Part shown: one piece after another, positions 47,219 through 55,735 of the stretch
How positions within the stretch are numbered: the stretch's first letter is position 1
Layout of the letters: every line of letters starts with the position of its first letter
Assembly (NCBI GenBank): GCA_030610885.1
Contig: JAUWQW010000001.1
Coordinates: forward strand, 5,317 to 69,316
Direction: 5' to 3'
Length of the DNA: 64,000 nucleotides
Source: Candidatus Aminicenantes bacterium
GTDB taxonomy: Bacteria; Acidobacteriota; Aminicenantia; UBA2199
Made by a program: the position numbers and the translations under genes
The notes under the pieces: generated by a model
Database searches by the model: none
Told to the model about the DNA's origin: nothing
The model's input: only the letters and a program-made list of their open reading frames with translations

Positions 47219-48125
47219 TCTAAAATTTGTCAGATGTCCGCTTTGTAATCATAATAACACCCGGCTTATCTATCCAGCAACATCAAAATCCAATCAAATA
47301 AAGCACAAAGACTCTTATATATGTACGAGCACAGGTTTATCAAATCATGGTGATATTGTTCAATGTAAGAACTGTAAAATGGTTTATAATAATCCTCAGC
47401 CAGATGCGGATCAATTGATAAATTTCTATAAAGAGGTTGTGGATCCATCCTATATACTACAGAGTAAAGGAAGGGAACTTACATTTAAACATACTATCAG
47501 TCAACTTCAAGAATACATGAAACCACCCGGGAATTTGCTTGATGTTGGATGTTATACTGGAATTTTTATGGAGACTGCAATTGCTTCAGGTTGGACAGTC
47601 TATGGTGTAGAATTGAGTTCATGGGCAGCATCAATTGCACAGAAATTGGGAAAAGGGGCTGTATTTGAGTGTGCTCTTGATCAGATCCAATTACATTCAT
47701 CCAGTATGGATGTAGTTACAATGTGGGATGTAATTGAACACCTTTCTAAACCAACACAAATTTTAAAAAAGGTTGCTTCTTTGCTCCGGCCAGGTGGTAT
47801 TTTGGCATTAAGTACATATATGATTGATAGTTGGGCAGTAAAAGTGCTTGGAAGAAGATATCCTTTTTTTATGGATATGCATGTTGTTCATTTTTCAAGA
47901 GATACTCTATCTCGTATGTTATGTATGTTGGGTTTTGAAATCCTAAGTATAAGAAAACATAAGCGTACGATTATACTGGATTATCTTTTGGACAGGACAT
48001 GGAATTTATTACCTGTGTTAAAACCAATGCTCAAACCTTTAGCTCGCTGTCAATTGATTAAAAAGCCAATAAATCTTAGCTTTATGGGACTTGTAAATGT
48101 CTATGCGCGCAAAAAAAATTCTTAA
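47208..48125 (+). CDS. class I SAM-dependent methyltransferase with N-terminal Cys4 zinc ribbon
   Basis: The zinc ribbon is CPLCNHNN...CKNCKM. The SAM-binding motif is LLDVGCYTGIFMETAIASGWTVYGVELS. Motif II is VVTMWDVIEHL. ATG 47208 overlaps the upstream GT2 gene by 11 nt. The track ORF from 47040 is an out-of-frame overlap artifact. Confidence 0.7.
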   Translation: MNVNLKFVRCPLCNHNNTRLIYPATSKSNQIKHKDSYICTSTGLSNHGDIVQCKNCKMVYNNPQPDADQLINFYKEVVDPSYILQSKGRELTFKHTISQLQEYMKPPGNLLDVGCYTGIFMETAIASGWTVYGVELSSWAASIAQKLGKGAVFECALDQIQLHSSSMDVVTMWDVIEHLSKPTQILKKVASLLRPGGILALSTYMIDSWAVKVLGRRYPFFMDMHVVHFSRDTLSRMLCMLGFEILSIRKHKRTIILDYLLDRTWNLLPVLKPMLKPLARCQLIKKPINLSFMGLVNVYARKKNS

Positions 48126-48209
48126 ATTTTTTAAAACATTTCTCTGAAACCCTGTACAATTAATAAATTCGTTTTGCTTTTATGGGAAAAATTTAATAGA
48201 ATTGTAAGT

Positions 48210-49481
48210 ATGAAAAAATTTTCAGTAGATCTTATTGAGGATAATTTTTTTCATGATTTCACTTATGATTCATATAATAGAAAAGAGTATATTTTTAAGA
48301 AAAAAACGGGAATATTAAAAAGAGAATATAATGAAAGCTGGCTTAGCAGTTCTTTTGAGTTAAACTCAATAAATGATGCAAAAGCATATATTTCAAAGGG
48401 TTTTAAATCTTCAAGTTTTAAAAACTTTAAAACCAATAACATTGAGTTTAGCCCAGGTAAAGTGTTAAGAGACAATGAATTTATTTTAAATTTTTTACGA
48501 TCACTTGATTTAAAAGAATGGAAGATCGTATTTAGAGTAAAGGCATTAAACCGCCTTATTATTAACAATAAAAATAAAGGATTGAGAAATGGATTTACAC
48601 ATTATAGTATTATAATAAAATTAAAATTAAATAACTGTAGAAATTACATTGAGATTGGAGAGGGATCAACTGGTAGCTTTAAATTCAATCAAACAGGGCT
48701 TAGCTTGAGAATAAAAGATGTGATTAATAATCATAATAATAAAATAAAAAATGATTTTAAGGATAGAATTCCAGTAATTCTGAACTCAGGTGATGGAGGT
48801 ATAATCTTTCATGAAATCCTTGGGCATTCATTAGAGGTTGATTATATTTATCAAAAGTTGTCTCCAATATCAATATATGATGTGGGACATCAAATAATAT
48901 CAAAAAATGTAAATTTAGTTGCTGATTACGAAGGAGATATGTTTTTCTCAAACAGAATGTGTGATGATGAAGGAGTATCCTCAAAATCTTCTATGTTAGT
49001 TGAGAATGGAATATTAAGGAACTTTATTTCAGACATTTATTATAAAAATCTGTTAAATATAAAAAATTCTGGTTATTCAAGGGTAGAAGATTTTTCAAAA
49101 GTTCCAATGCCGAGAATGTTTGCAATTTACTTAAAACCAGGCCCCTATAATGCTCAAGAGTTAATTGAATCAACAAAATATGGAATATATGCAAAAGAAT
49201 TTGGTGAGGGAAAAACTTATTTTAATAAAAATTCATTTTTCTTTAATATAAAAGAGGCATATTTGATTGAAAATGGTAAACTTACTTCTCCTCTTGGTGA
49301 TGTTATTGTGAAAGGAAATATTATGGAAACCTTAAACTCAGTTGATATGGTAGCTGATGATTTCAGATATGACAAGGGTATCAGTTATTGTTTCAAGAAT
49401 GGCCAGACATTAAATGTCAGGGTTGGTCAACCAACAGTTAAGATAAATAACCTTTTTGTTAAAAGTGGTTTAAATGATTGA
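48210..49481 (+). CDS. tldD: TldD-family metalloprotease
   Basis: TldD/PmbA fold with HExxxH (FHEILGHSLE) and the conserved GxC..DDEG region (MCDDEGVSS). An alternative TTG start lies at 48174. Confidence 0.7.
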   Translation: MKKFSVDLIEDNFFHDFTYDSYNRKEYIFKKKTGILKREYNESWLSSSFELNSINDAKAYISKGFKSSSFKNFKTNNIEFSPGKVLRDNEFILNFLRSLDLKEWKIVFRVKALNRLIINNKNKGLRNGFTHYSIIIKLKLNNCRNYIEIGEGSTGSFKFNQTGLSLRIKDVINNHNNKIKNDFKDRIPVILNSGDGGIIFHEILGHSLEVDYIYQKLSPISIYDVGHQIISKNVNLVADYEGDMFFSNRMCDDEGVSSKSSMLVENGILRNFISDIYYKNLLNIKNSGYSRVEDFSKVPMPRMFAIYLKPGPYNAQELIESTKYGIYAKEFGEGKTYFNKNSFFFNIKEAYLIENGKLTSPLGDVIVKGNIMETLNSVDMVADDFRYDKGISYCFKNGQTLNVRVGQPTVKINNLFVKSGLND

Positions 49482-50766
49482 GAAAATACTCTTACAAGGA
49501 AAAGCTGCCGGGTTTTCAACAGTTGAGGTTTTCCATGAAAAAAGGGAGAAACAGGAATATGAGAAACTTTTAGATTATAATGCTTCTCATTTCGTAAAGA
49601 ATGATAATATATCAGTCAGAGCTTTCTGGGAATTTGGAGAGCCTGTTGGATTTAATTTGTCAAAACCTGATATAAAATCAATTAAAACAGGATTTTCAAG
49701 TGTTTGTTCTTTAAATATTCCAGGAAGAAATAAAAATTATGCATATTTATTACCCTCACATGCTCAAAAAGTAAAGATAAATATTTTTGATGATTCTATA
49801 AAAAGCTTTGATATAAAGAAATTTGATGAGTTAGTAGAAAAGATCAAAGAAATTCTTGTATCTTTTCCAGGGCTTTCTCTAAAAAGAATTAAGTTTTTTA
49901 AAGTGTTAAAGAAATGTTATATTTCAAATACTAAATGGCTTAATGCTAAATATAAAAAAACAAATTTCAACCTGACTATTAATTTTGAATATAAAAATAA
50001 TTCAATTGAAATAAGTGAGAATGAGATCTATTTTAATCGAATAAATCCATTCAGAATGATTTCAAGAGCGTTTAATTTATTAAATTCTCTTACAGATAAT
50101 AATATACATATCAAAAAAGATTGTGCTTTAATATTTTCTCCTGAAGCATCTGTTTTTGTCTTAAGAGAGTTTTCTGATAATTTTTGTTTAAGCTTTGAAG
50201 GGAGTTTAAAAAAAATAAGTTTCCCATCAGTATTAAGTATTATTGAAAATCCTAATCTGGATTATCAGACTGGTTCTGTGCCGTTTGATGATGAAGGCGT
50301 TCAATCAGGAGAAAGATATTTAGTAAATAAGGGTGTTTTTTTGGATCGGATTTCAGATATAAAGAGAGCTTTTTACAACAAAAGAGCTTGTTCTACAGGT
50401 AATGGTTTTAGGAGTGATAAGTCAATATTTCCATTTCCAAGGTTTTCCAACTTTTTCATTAAACCTTCGGTTTTAAGTTTAAATAAATTAATGATGGATG
50501 CAGGAAAAGGTATTCTTGTTTCTTTAATTAAATTAAAAAATATTGAGAATGATGAATGGATGTTTTCTGCATATGGTTACAGGTTTGAAAATGGAGATAT
50601 CAATGAGCCTGTCCATTTTTACTTTAAAACCTCTTTTTTTTCATATTTTCTGAATATATTAAAAGTATCAAAAGAGATAAAATTTTTTAATATAAATTAT
50701 AATATTGGATCTCCATATTTGCTGGTTAATGCAAAGCATTTGTATGAAAGTGTTCTTCAAATTTAA
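49474..50766 (+). CDS. TldE/PmbA-family protein, partner of TldD
   Basis: Second TldD/PmbA-family paralog, lacking HExxxH. Conserved PFDDEGVQS region. It overlaps tldD by 8 nt, the usual TldD/TldE pairing. Confidence 0.6.
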   Translation: MIEKILLQGKAAGFSTVEVFHEKREKQEYEKLLDYNASHFVKNDNISVRAFWEFGEPVGFNLSKPDIKSIKTGFSSVCSLNIPGRNKNYAYLLPSHAQKVKINIFDDSIKSFDIKKFDELVEKIKEILVSFPGLSLKRIKFFKVLKKCYISNTKWLNAKYKKTNFNLTINFEYKNNSIEISENEIYFNRINPFRMISRAFNLLNSLTDNNIHIKKDCALIFSPEASVFVLREFSDNFCLSFEGSLKKISFPSVLSIIENPNLDYQTGSVPFDDEGVQSGERYLVNKGVFLDRISDIKRAFYNKRACSTGNGFRSDKSIFPFPRFSNFFIKPSVLSLNKLMMDAGKGILVSLIKLKNIENDEWMFSAYGYRFENGDINEPVHFYFKTSFFSYFLNILKVSKEIKFFNINYNIGSPYLLVNAKHLYESVLQI

Positions 50767-50814
50767 GTGTTATTCTGTATGTAATGTAATTAACTAATTA
50801 AGAATCAGAGCAAT

Positions 50815-51831
50815 TTATGTACATAGCTTTTTTATATTCAAAAATTCTTCATTAGCTTCATATATTAGATCTTCTATTAATTTTTTTACAGGCTTTATTT
50901 CATTTATAAGCCCTACACTCTGTCCAGCCATTAATGAACCATGTTCAATGTCTCCCTCCTGCACAGCTTTCCTTAATGCTCCGATCCAGAAATTTTCCAC
51001 TTGGAATTGAGCCTCTAATCGTGATATTTCATTGTTTTTCATTTTTCTAAGTAAATTGAGCTGTAAATTCCCAAAATCTTCAATGCCTTTGTTTTTTAAT
51101 GCTCTTACTGCTACAACTGGTAGAGATGAGTCATATTGTGGAGTGGCAAAGGCTTCCCTTGCTCTTGCTGTTTTGAATTTTTCTTTGAATGCTGGATGTG
51201 CAGGACTCTCTTCTGCCATTGCAAATATTGTTCCCATCTGAACTCCGGAAGCACCCATTAAAAAGAGATGGCAGATCATTTTACCTGTAGCAATCCCACC
51301 TGCAATAAAAATGGGAATTTCAGGGAATTTGAAAAGTACTTGCTGTATTAGAACAATAGTTGAAACATGGCCTATATGTCCACCTGCTTCAGAACCTTCG
51401 AGAATTAATGCGTCGGCTCCATAATCGATCATACGTGTTGCAATCGATTCAGTTGATGCAAAACAAAGGACTTTAGCTCCAGCCTGTTTTGCTATCTTTA
51501 CTTCATTTTTTCTTGGGAAGCTTCCAGCAAATACTATAAATGGGGCTCCCATATTGCTTGCTTTATTTAAATGTTCTAAATAATTAGGTGATATTGTTAT
51601 TAAATTTACTGCAAAGTTTGCTTTTTCTTTCTTTAAAATTTTTATCTCATTTTCAAAAATACTTACAGGCATATTACCTGCAGCAAGAACTCCAAAGCCT
51701 CCAGCATTGCTAACTGCTCTTACAAGGTTTGAATTACTTATCCATGTCATAGCTCCTGAAATTAAAGGGTAATCAACCTTAAGAAACTTTTGACCTCTTT
51801 TCCAAAATTTTAGATCTTTTAAATTTTTCAT
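50815..51831 (-). CDS. NMO-family FMN-dependent oxidoreductase (FabK-like enoyl-ACP reductase II / nitronate monooxygenase family)
   Basis: GAMTWISNSNLVRAVSNAGGFGVLAAG, GGHIGHVST and IAGGIATGKM are motifs of the TIM-barrel FMN-binding NMO family. Confidence 0.65.
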   Translation of the reverse strand: MKNLKDLKFWKRGQKFLKVDYPLISGAMTWISNSNLVRAVSNAGGFGVLAAGNMPVSIFENEIKILKKEKANFAVNLITISPNYLEHLNKASNMGAPFIVFAGSFPRKNEVKIAKQAGAKVLCFASTESIATRMIDYGADALILEGSEAGGHIGHVSTIVLIQQVLFKFPEIPIFIAGGIATGKMICHLFLMGASGVQMGTIFAMAEESPAHPAFKEKFKTARAREAFATPQYDSSLPVVAVRALKNKGIEDFGNLQLNLLRKMKNNEISRLEAQFQVENFWIGALRKAVQEGDIEHGSLMAGQSVGLINEIKPVKKLIEDLIYEANEEFLNIKKLCT

Positions 51832-51974
51832 TTGTAAATTTTATCAAAAGATTTGTTTATTGTAAAATAAAATTTTTTTTAAAATTGTGACAATTTTTGT
51901 CTATATAAGTAACATATTTTATGATTTTTTATATTTATTTTTATCAAAAGACCTATTAAATGGGAATATTGCTT

Positions 51975-51991
51975 TTGGTATGATAATTGCT
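51975..51991 (+). promoter_or_regulatory. candidate sigma-54 (-24/-12) promoter for the pilin gene
   Basis: TTGGTATGATAATTGCT matches TGGCAC-N5-TTGCW at TGG (51976-78) and TTGC (51987-90), with correct 12-nt GG-to-GC spacing. The predicted transcription start is near 52002. The Shine-Dalgarno sequence AAGGAGG lies at 52015-52021, upstream of ATG 52029. Confidence 0.4.
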
Positions 51992-52028
51992 ACATTATAA
52001 GTGTAAAATTTAAAAAGGAGGTCTTTTT

Positions 52029-52493
52029 ATGAGAAAAATAATGAAAAGCAAAAAGGGTTTTACTTTGATTGAGCTGTTAATCGTTATTGCAATTATTGGT
52101 ATTATTGCAGCTATTGCTATTCCAAATCTATTAACTGCTCTTCAGAAAGCTAAACAGAAAGCAACAATGGGTGATATGAAATCTATTGGAACTGCTGTTG
52201 AGTCTTATATGACTGATAATTATTTGGCACCAGGTACTATTACTGACGCTGATATTACAGTTTTTTACATGAAAAAAATACCAATTTCAGATGGATGGGG
52301 TAATGGATGGAACTATACAAGAGGCGGAACAGCTTTCGATGAATATTCAATCGGTTCAGGTGGAAGAGACGGAAGTTTTGGCGGTTTTGGTCAGTTTCAG
52401 ACAGTACCTTACATTGTAAATACTCTGTCTGGTTTTGACAATGATATCATCTTTTCGAATGGAACTTATACTTTCGGTCCAAGAGTAAAATAA
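52029..52493 (+). CDS. prepilin-type N-terminal cleavage/methylation domain protein (type IV pilin or GspG-like major pseudopilin)
   Basis: Class III signal peptide MRKIMKSKKG|FTLIELLIVIAIIGIIAAIAIP, with Gly-1, Phe+1 and Glu+5. GspG-like LTALQKAKQKATMGDMKSIGTAVESYMTDNYLAP. No Cys residues. Strong Shine-Dalgarno sequence and its own terminator. Confidence 0.8.
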   Translation: MRKIMKSKKGFTLIELLIVIAIIGIIAAIAIPNLLTALQKAKQKATMGDMKSIGTAVESYMTDNYLAPGTITDADITVFYMKKIPISDGWGNGWNYTRGGTAFDEYSIGSGGRDGSFGGFGQFQTVPYIVNTLSGFDNDIIFSNGTYTFGPRVK

Positions 52494-52507
52494 TTTAAAA
52501 ATCCTTA

Positions 52508-53950
52508 ATGAAAAAAAGCAGCTGGATGATTGTTCCAGCTGCTTTTTTTTTTCTCTTTAATTTTTCTATAAGTTCATATAAAACTCTCTTTTTTTTACGT
52601 TTAATATATTTTCTCTTTTTGATTTTTCTCTTCTTTTTTTTAAGAAGATTCAATTTGAAAAGGATACTTATACCAATTGTCGGGGGAATTTCTCTAATTT
52701 TGTTTGTATATGGTATCCTTCAAAAATTTATTCTGTTTCCTTATTATTTAAGAAACTTAGGTAATGAAAATAATTTCTATTTCCAGGCTTTTAAAACAAG
52801 ATTGGAGACAGGAAGAGTTTTCTCATTGTTCACATTACCCTCTCTGTATGCAATTATATGTGCAGTATTGATCTTATTTATTTTTCACTATTTTTTAAAA
52901 TCAAAAAAAAATAAGATTTTTTGGGCTATATTATTAATTTTAGGTATAATCAATATAGTTTTAACCCAATCTTTTGGGGGAATCTTATATTTATCCATTG
53001 GTATTTTAATTTATCTCTTCTTATCAAGAATTTTAAGTTTCAAGTATCTTGCACCTGTTATTATGGTTTTATTTCTCTTTTTTTTCATAGTAACAGGATT
53101 AAGATATTCAGAGGCAAAAGAACTCGAACCTGTTAAATTAAGATTCTCAAACTGGAAACAGGCTTATAGAGCAATAAAATCAAGCCCCATTTTGGGAATA
53201 GGGCTTGGGAATTATGAATCAAAAATCTCTTATTTTACTTTTACCGGAGAGGCAAAGTCTGTTTATGCACATAATTTTTTCCTTCAGTTTATTTCAGAAC
53301 TGGGCGTAATTATTTCTCTTTTTATTTTACTGATTTTATTTTTGTCAAAAAAGAGGCTAAAACCTGAAAATTCTAACGAAAAGGTTTTGTATATTTCAGC
53401 TTTCATTATTATGTTAGTGTATAATTTAATTGATATTGGGTTTTATTTCTTTTCTGCTGGAATAATAACTGTTGTGCTTGTTTCTCAAATATATGAAAAA
53501 AAGAATAAAAAGTATAAACTAAACCTTGGTATTCTTATATTATTATCAATTTGTTTAATGGTGCAAACTTTTTCGGATAATTATCAAAAAAAAGCCAGTT
53601 TTCTTTTAAGTCAAAAGAGTTTTGAAGAAGCGGAAATTTATTATAAAAAGAGTCTTAAAATAAATCCATTTAATTTTAAATCTTTAACTGGTTTGGGAAA
53701 CATCAATTTCATTAAGAACAACTATTTGGAATCTGAAAAGTATCTAAATAGATCATTGAAACTATATCCGGATTCTGCTTTTGCTAATTACTTGAAGTCA
53801 AGGCTTGATTTTAAGAAGGAACACTTTTTGAATTCTTTATATCGCGCAAATTTAGCATTTAATAAAAACAGATTAAATTTTGAATACAAGAGGTGGTATG
53901 AGTTTATCAAGAATAATACACAAATTGAACTCAGTAAAACAGGAATTTGA
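52508..53950 (+). CDS. O-antigen ligase (Wzy_C) family membrane protein fused to C-terminal TPR repeats (candidate O-oligosaccharyltransferase)
   Basis: About 10 TM helices with the Wzy_C loop motif (YAHNFFLQFISELGVI). C-terminal TPR repeats (FEEAEIYYKKSLKINPFNFKSLTGLGNINFIKNNYLESEKYLNRSLKLYPDS). The annotated ATG 52508 lies inside the pilin terminator hairpin. The true start may be downstream, for example the in-frame TTG near 52661 (LKRILIPIVGG). Confidence 0.55.
   Translation: MKKSSWMIVPAAFFFLFNFSISSYKTLFFLRLIYFLFLIFLFFFLRRFNLKRILIPIVGGISLILFVYGILQKFILFPYYLRNLGNENNFYFQAFKTRLETGRVFSLFTLPSLYAIICAVLILFIFHYFLKSKKNKIFWAILLILGIINIVLTQSFGGILYLSIGILIYLFLSRILSFKYLAPVIMVLFLFFFIVTGLRYSEAKELEPVKLRFSNWKQAYRAIKSSPILGIGLGNYESKISYFTFTGEAKSVYAHNFFLQFISELGVIISLFILLILFLSKKRLKPENSNEKVLYISAFIIMLVYNLIDIGFYFFSAGIITVVLVSQIYEKKNKKYKLNLGILILLSICLMVQTFSDNYQKKASFLLSQKSFEEAEIYYKKSLKINPFNFKSLTGLGNINFIKNNYLESEKYLNRSLKLYPDSAFANYLKSRLDFKKEHFLNSLYRANLAFNKNRLNFEYKRWYEFIKNNTQIELSKTGI
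52517..52553 (+). terminator. rho-independent terminator after the pilin gene (bidirectional A-run/T-run flanks)
   Basis: AAAAAAA-AGCAGCTGG-atgattgtt-CCAGCTGCT-TTTTTTTTTTT. The 9-bp GC-rich stem is followed by 11 T. Confidence 0.75.
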
Positions 53951-55709
53951 ATTTTTTATAATTCTGAGTTGGATTCTTTTTTTTCCTAAAAAGGAATCTC
54001 TCTTCTATTTTTTGATATTTGCACTTTTAATTATTTTATTTTCTATTAGAAATATTTATTCAATCAAAAATATAGTAGAATCTTTATTTTTGTATGTTCT
54101 TGTATTTTTAAACTTATTATTCATAATCAGTATATTTTTTTCCTCATATAAACTCAAGTCAATTCTTCTGCTTTTAGACATTTTTCTTATTTGTATTTAT
54201 TTTGCATTATTTTTTTATGATAAAAATGATGAACAAAAATATTTCTTTTTGATTTTGTATTTAATATCTCTTTTTTCTATTATAAATATTCTTAATTATT
54301 CTTTTTCAATATTTGAGGAGAAAAATCTTTTTTTCTCAAATCCAATCATGCAGGGGCTTATTTCTGGTATTGGTTTGCTTATAGCTTTTTATTATATATT
54401 AAAAAGATTCGATTGGATTTTCTTTGTATTAATGATTTTAAATTTAGCAGGAGTTTTTGTTTCAGCCTCAAAAGCAGCTTTTATAGGAGTTGTGATTTTT
54501 TCTTTTGTATTGATCATTCTTAAAAGAAAGAGATTAATCCCTTTCTTAATAATCCTTATTATATTGACATTTATTATTCCAAATCCCATAAAAAATATGT
54601 TTGAGTTTTCATTAACAAAGGACCCATATGCTTTTAATAGGATCGATATATGGAAAATGTCTATAAATATTTTTAAAGATAATTTTTTGTATGGTGTAGG
54701 ACTCGGAAATTTTTCCGAGGTTTCAAAAAAATACAATTTTAAGCAAACAAAAGGACCTGCAAATTATTTCAAGGTTCCTCGAATTCCTCACAATGATTAT
54801 TTAAAGCTTTTGTGTGAAACAGGTATATTTGGATTGATAATTTTACTTCTATTTATATTTTTTATTTTAAGAAAGATATTTTCCTCTTCTTTATTTAATA
54901 TATCAAAAATAATAATCCTTTATTTATTATTTAATGCATTTTTGTTTAATATAATGTTTCATACATTTTTCTTTTTTATGTTTATCTTTTTGTTGAAAAA
55001 TTTATTCGAGGAAAATATTAGTTTTAAGAGTATAAACGGAAATTTTAAATTAATATTTTCACTTTTATTAATTTTTATTTTTTTAGTTGGCTATTTTGTC
55101 CCTTATATATCCAATAATTTAATTGAAAGGTCAAAAAAGAGTAAGAATATCATAGAAGCCTTCAAACTATTGAAGAGATCAGAGTATTTAAACCCTTTAG
55201 ATTATCGGGTATATTATCGCAAGTCTTTACTGCACTATAATTATTTTGAGAGAAAATCGGATCTGGATTCTTTTTCTTATGCTTTGAGAAATATAAAAAA
55301 AACTCAGATGTTGAATAAGCATTTTATTGAGTCTTATTTATTAGAATCTGATTTATATCTTGAGGTATTAAAAAAAGAACTTAAGTATATTTCTATGGAT
55401 AAGGAGATAATTGCTCCTTTAATTAAAGCTGAGTTTTATGCACCATTCGATCCATTCATTAAATTAAAAAAGGCTAAAATTTATTTTGAATTTAATAATA
55501 AAAATCTTGCAAAAAGAGAGGCTATAAAAGCTTTAGATATAGAACCGGAGTTTATTTCAGCCCTATATTTTCTTCACAATAGATTTAATTATTTTTCTGA
55601 TGAGGAAAAATTTAAAAATAGGATAGATAAAATTTTAGCTAAAGCTAAAAAATTAGATTATCAACATGGAACCTATTTGGATAATTTATTTAAGGTCCCA
55701 CAGAAATAA
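53898..55709 (+). CDS. second O-antigen ligase (Wzy_C) family membrane protein with C-terminal TPR-like region
   Basis: Polytopic, with the Wzy_C motif IPHNDYLKLLCETGIFGL. C-terminal TPR-like helical repeats (EAFKLLKRSEYLNPLDYRVYYRKSLLHYNYF..., AKREAIKALDIEPEFISALYFLHN). It overlaps the upstream paralog by about 50 nt. The start is uncertain (ATG 53898 or TTG 53880). Confidence 0.55.
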   Translation: MSLSRIIHKLNSVKQEFEFFIILSWILFFPKKESLFYFLIFALLIILFSIRNIYSIKNIVESLFLYVLVFLNLLFIISIFFSSYKLKSILLLLDIFLICIYFALFFYDKNDEQKYFFLILYLISLFSIINILNYSFSIFEEKNLFFSNPIMQGLISGIGLLIAFYYILKRFDWIFFVLMILNLAGVFVSASKAAFIGVVIFSFVLIILKRKRLIPFLIILIILTFIIPNPIKNMFEFSLTKDPYAFNRIDIWKMSINIFKDNFLYGVGLGNFSEVSKKYNFKQTKGPANYFKVPRIPHNDYLKLLCETGIFGLIILLLFIFFILRKIFSSSLFNISKIIILYLLFNAFLFNIMFHTFFFFMFIFLLKNLFEENISFKSINGNFKLIFSLLLIFIFLVGYFVPYISNNLIERSKKSKNIIEAFKLLKRSEYLNPLDYRVYYRKSLLHYNYFERKSDLDSFSYALRNIKKTQMLNKHFIESYLLESDLYLEVLKKELKYISMDKEIIAPLIKAEFYAPFDPFIKLKKAKIYFEFNNKNLAKREAIKALDIEPEFISALYFLHNRFNYFSDEEKFKNRIDKILAKAKKLDYQHGTYLDNLFKVPQK

Positions 55710-55735
55710 AATAGAGAATTTAATACGAAGAATGT

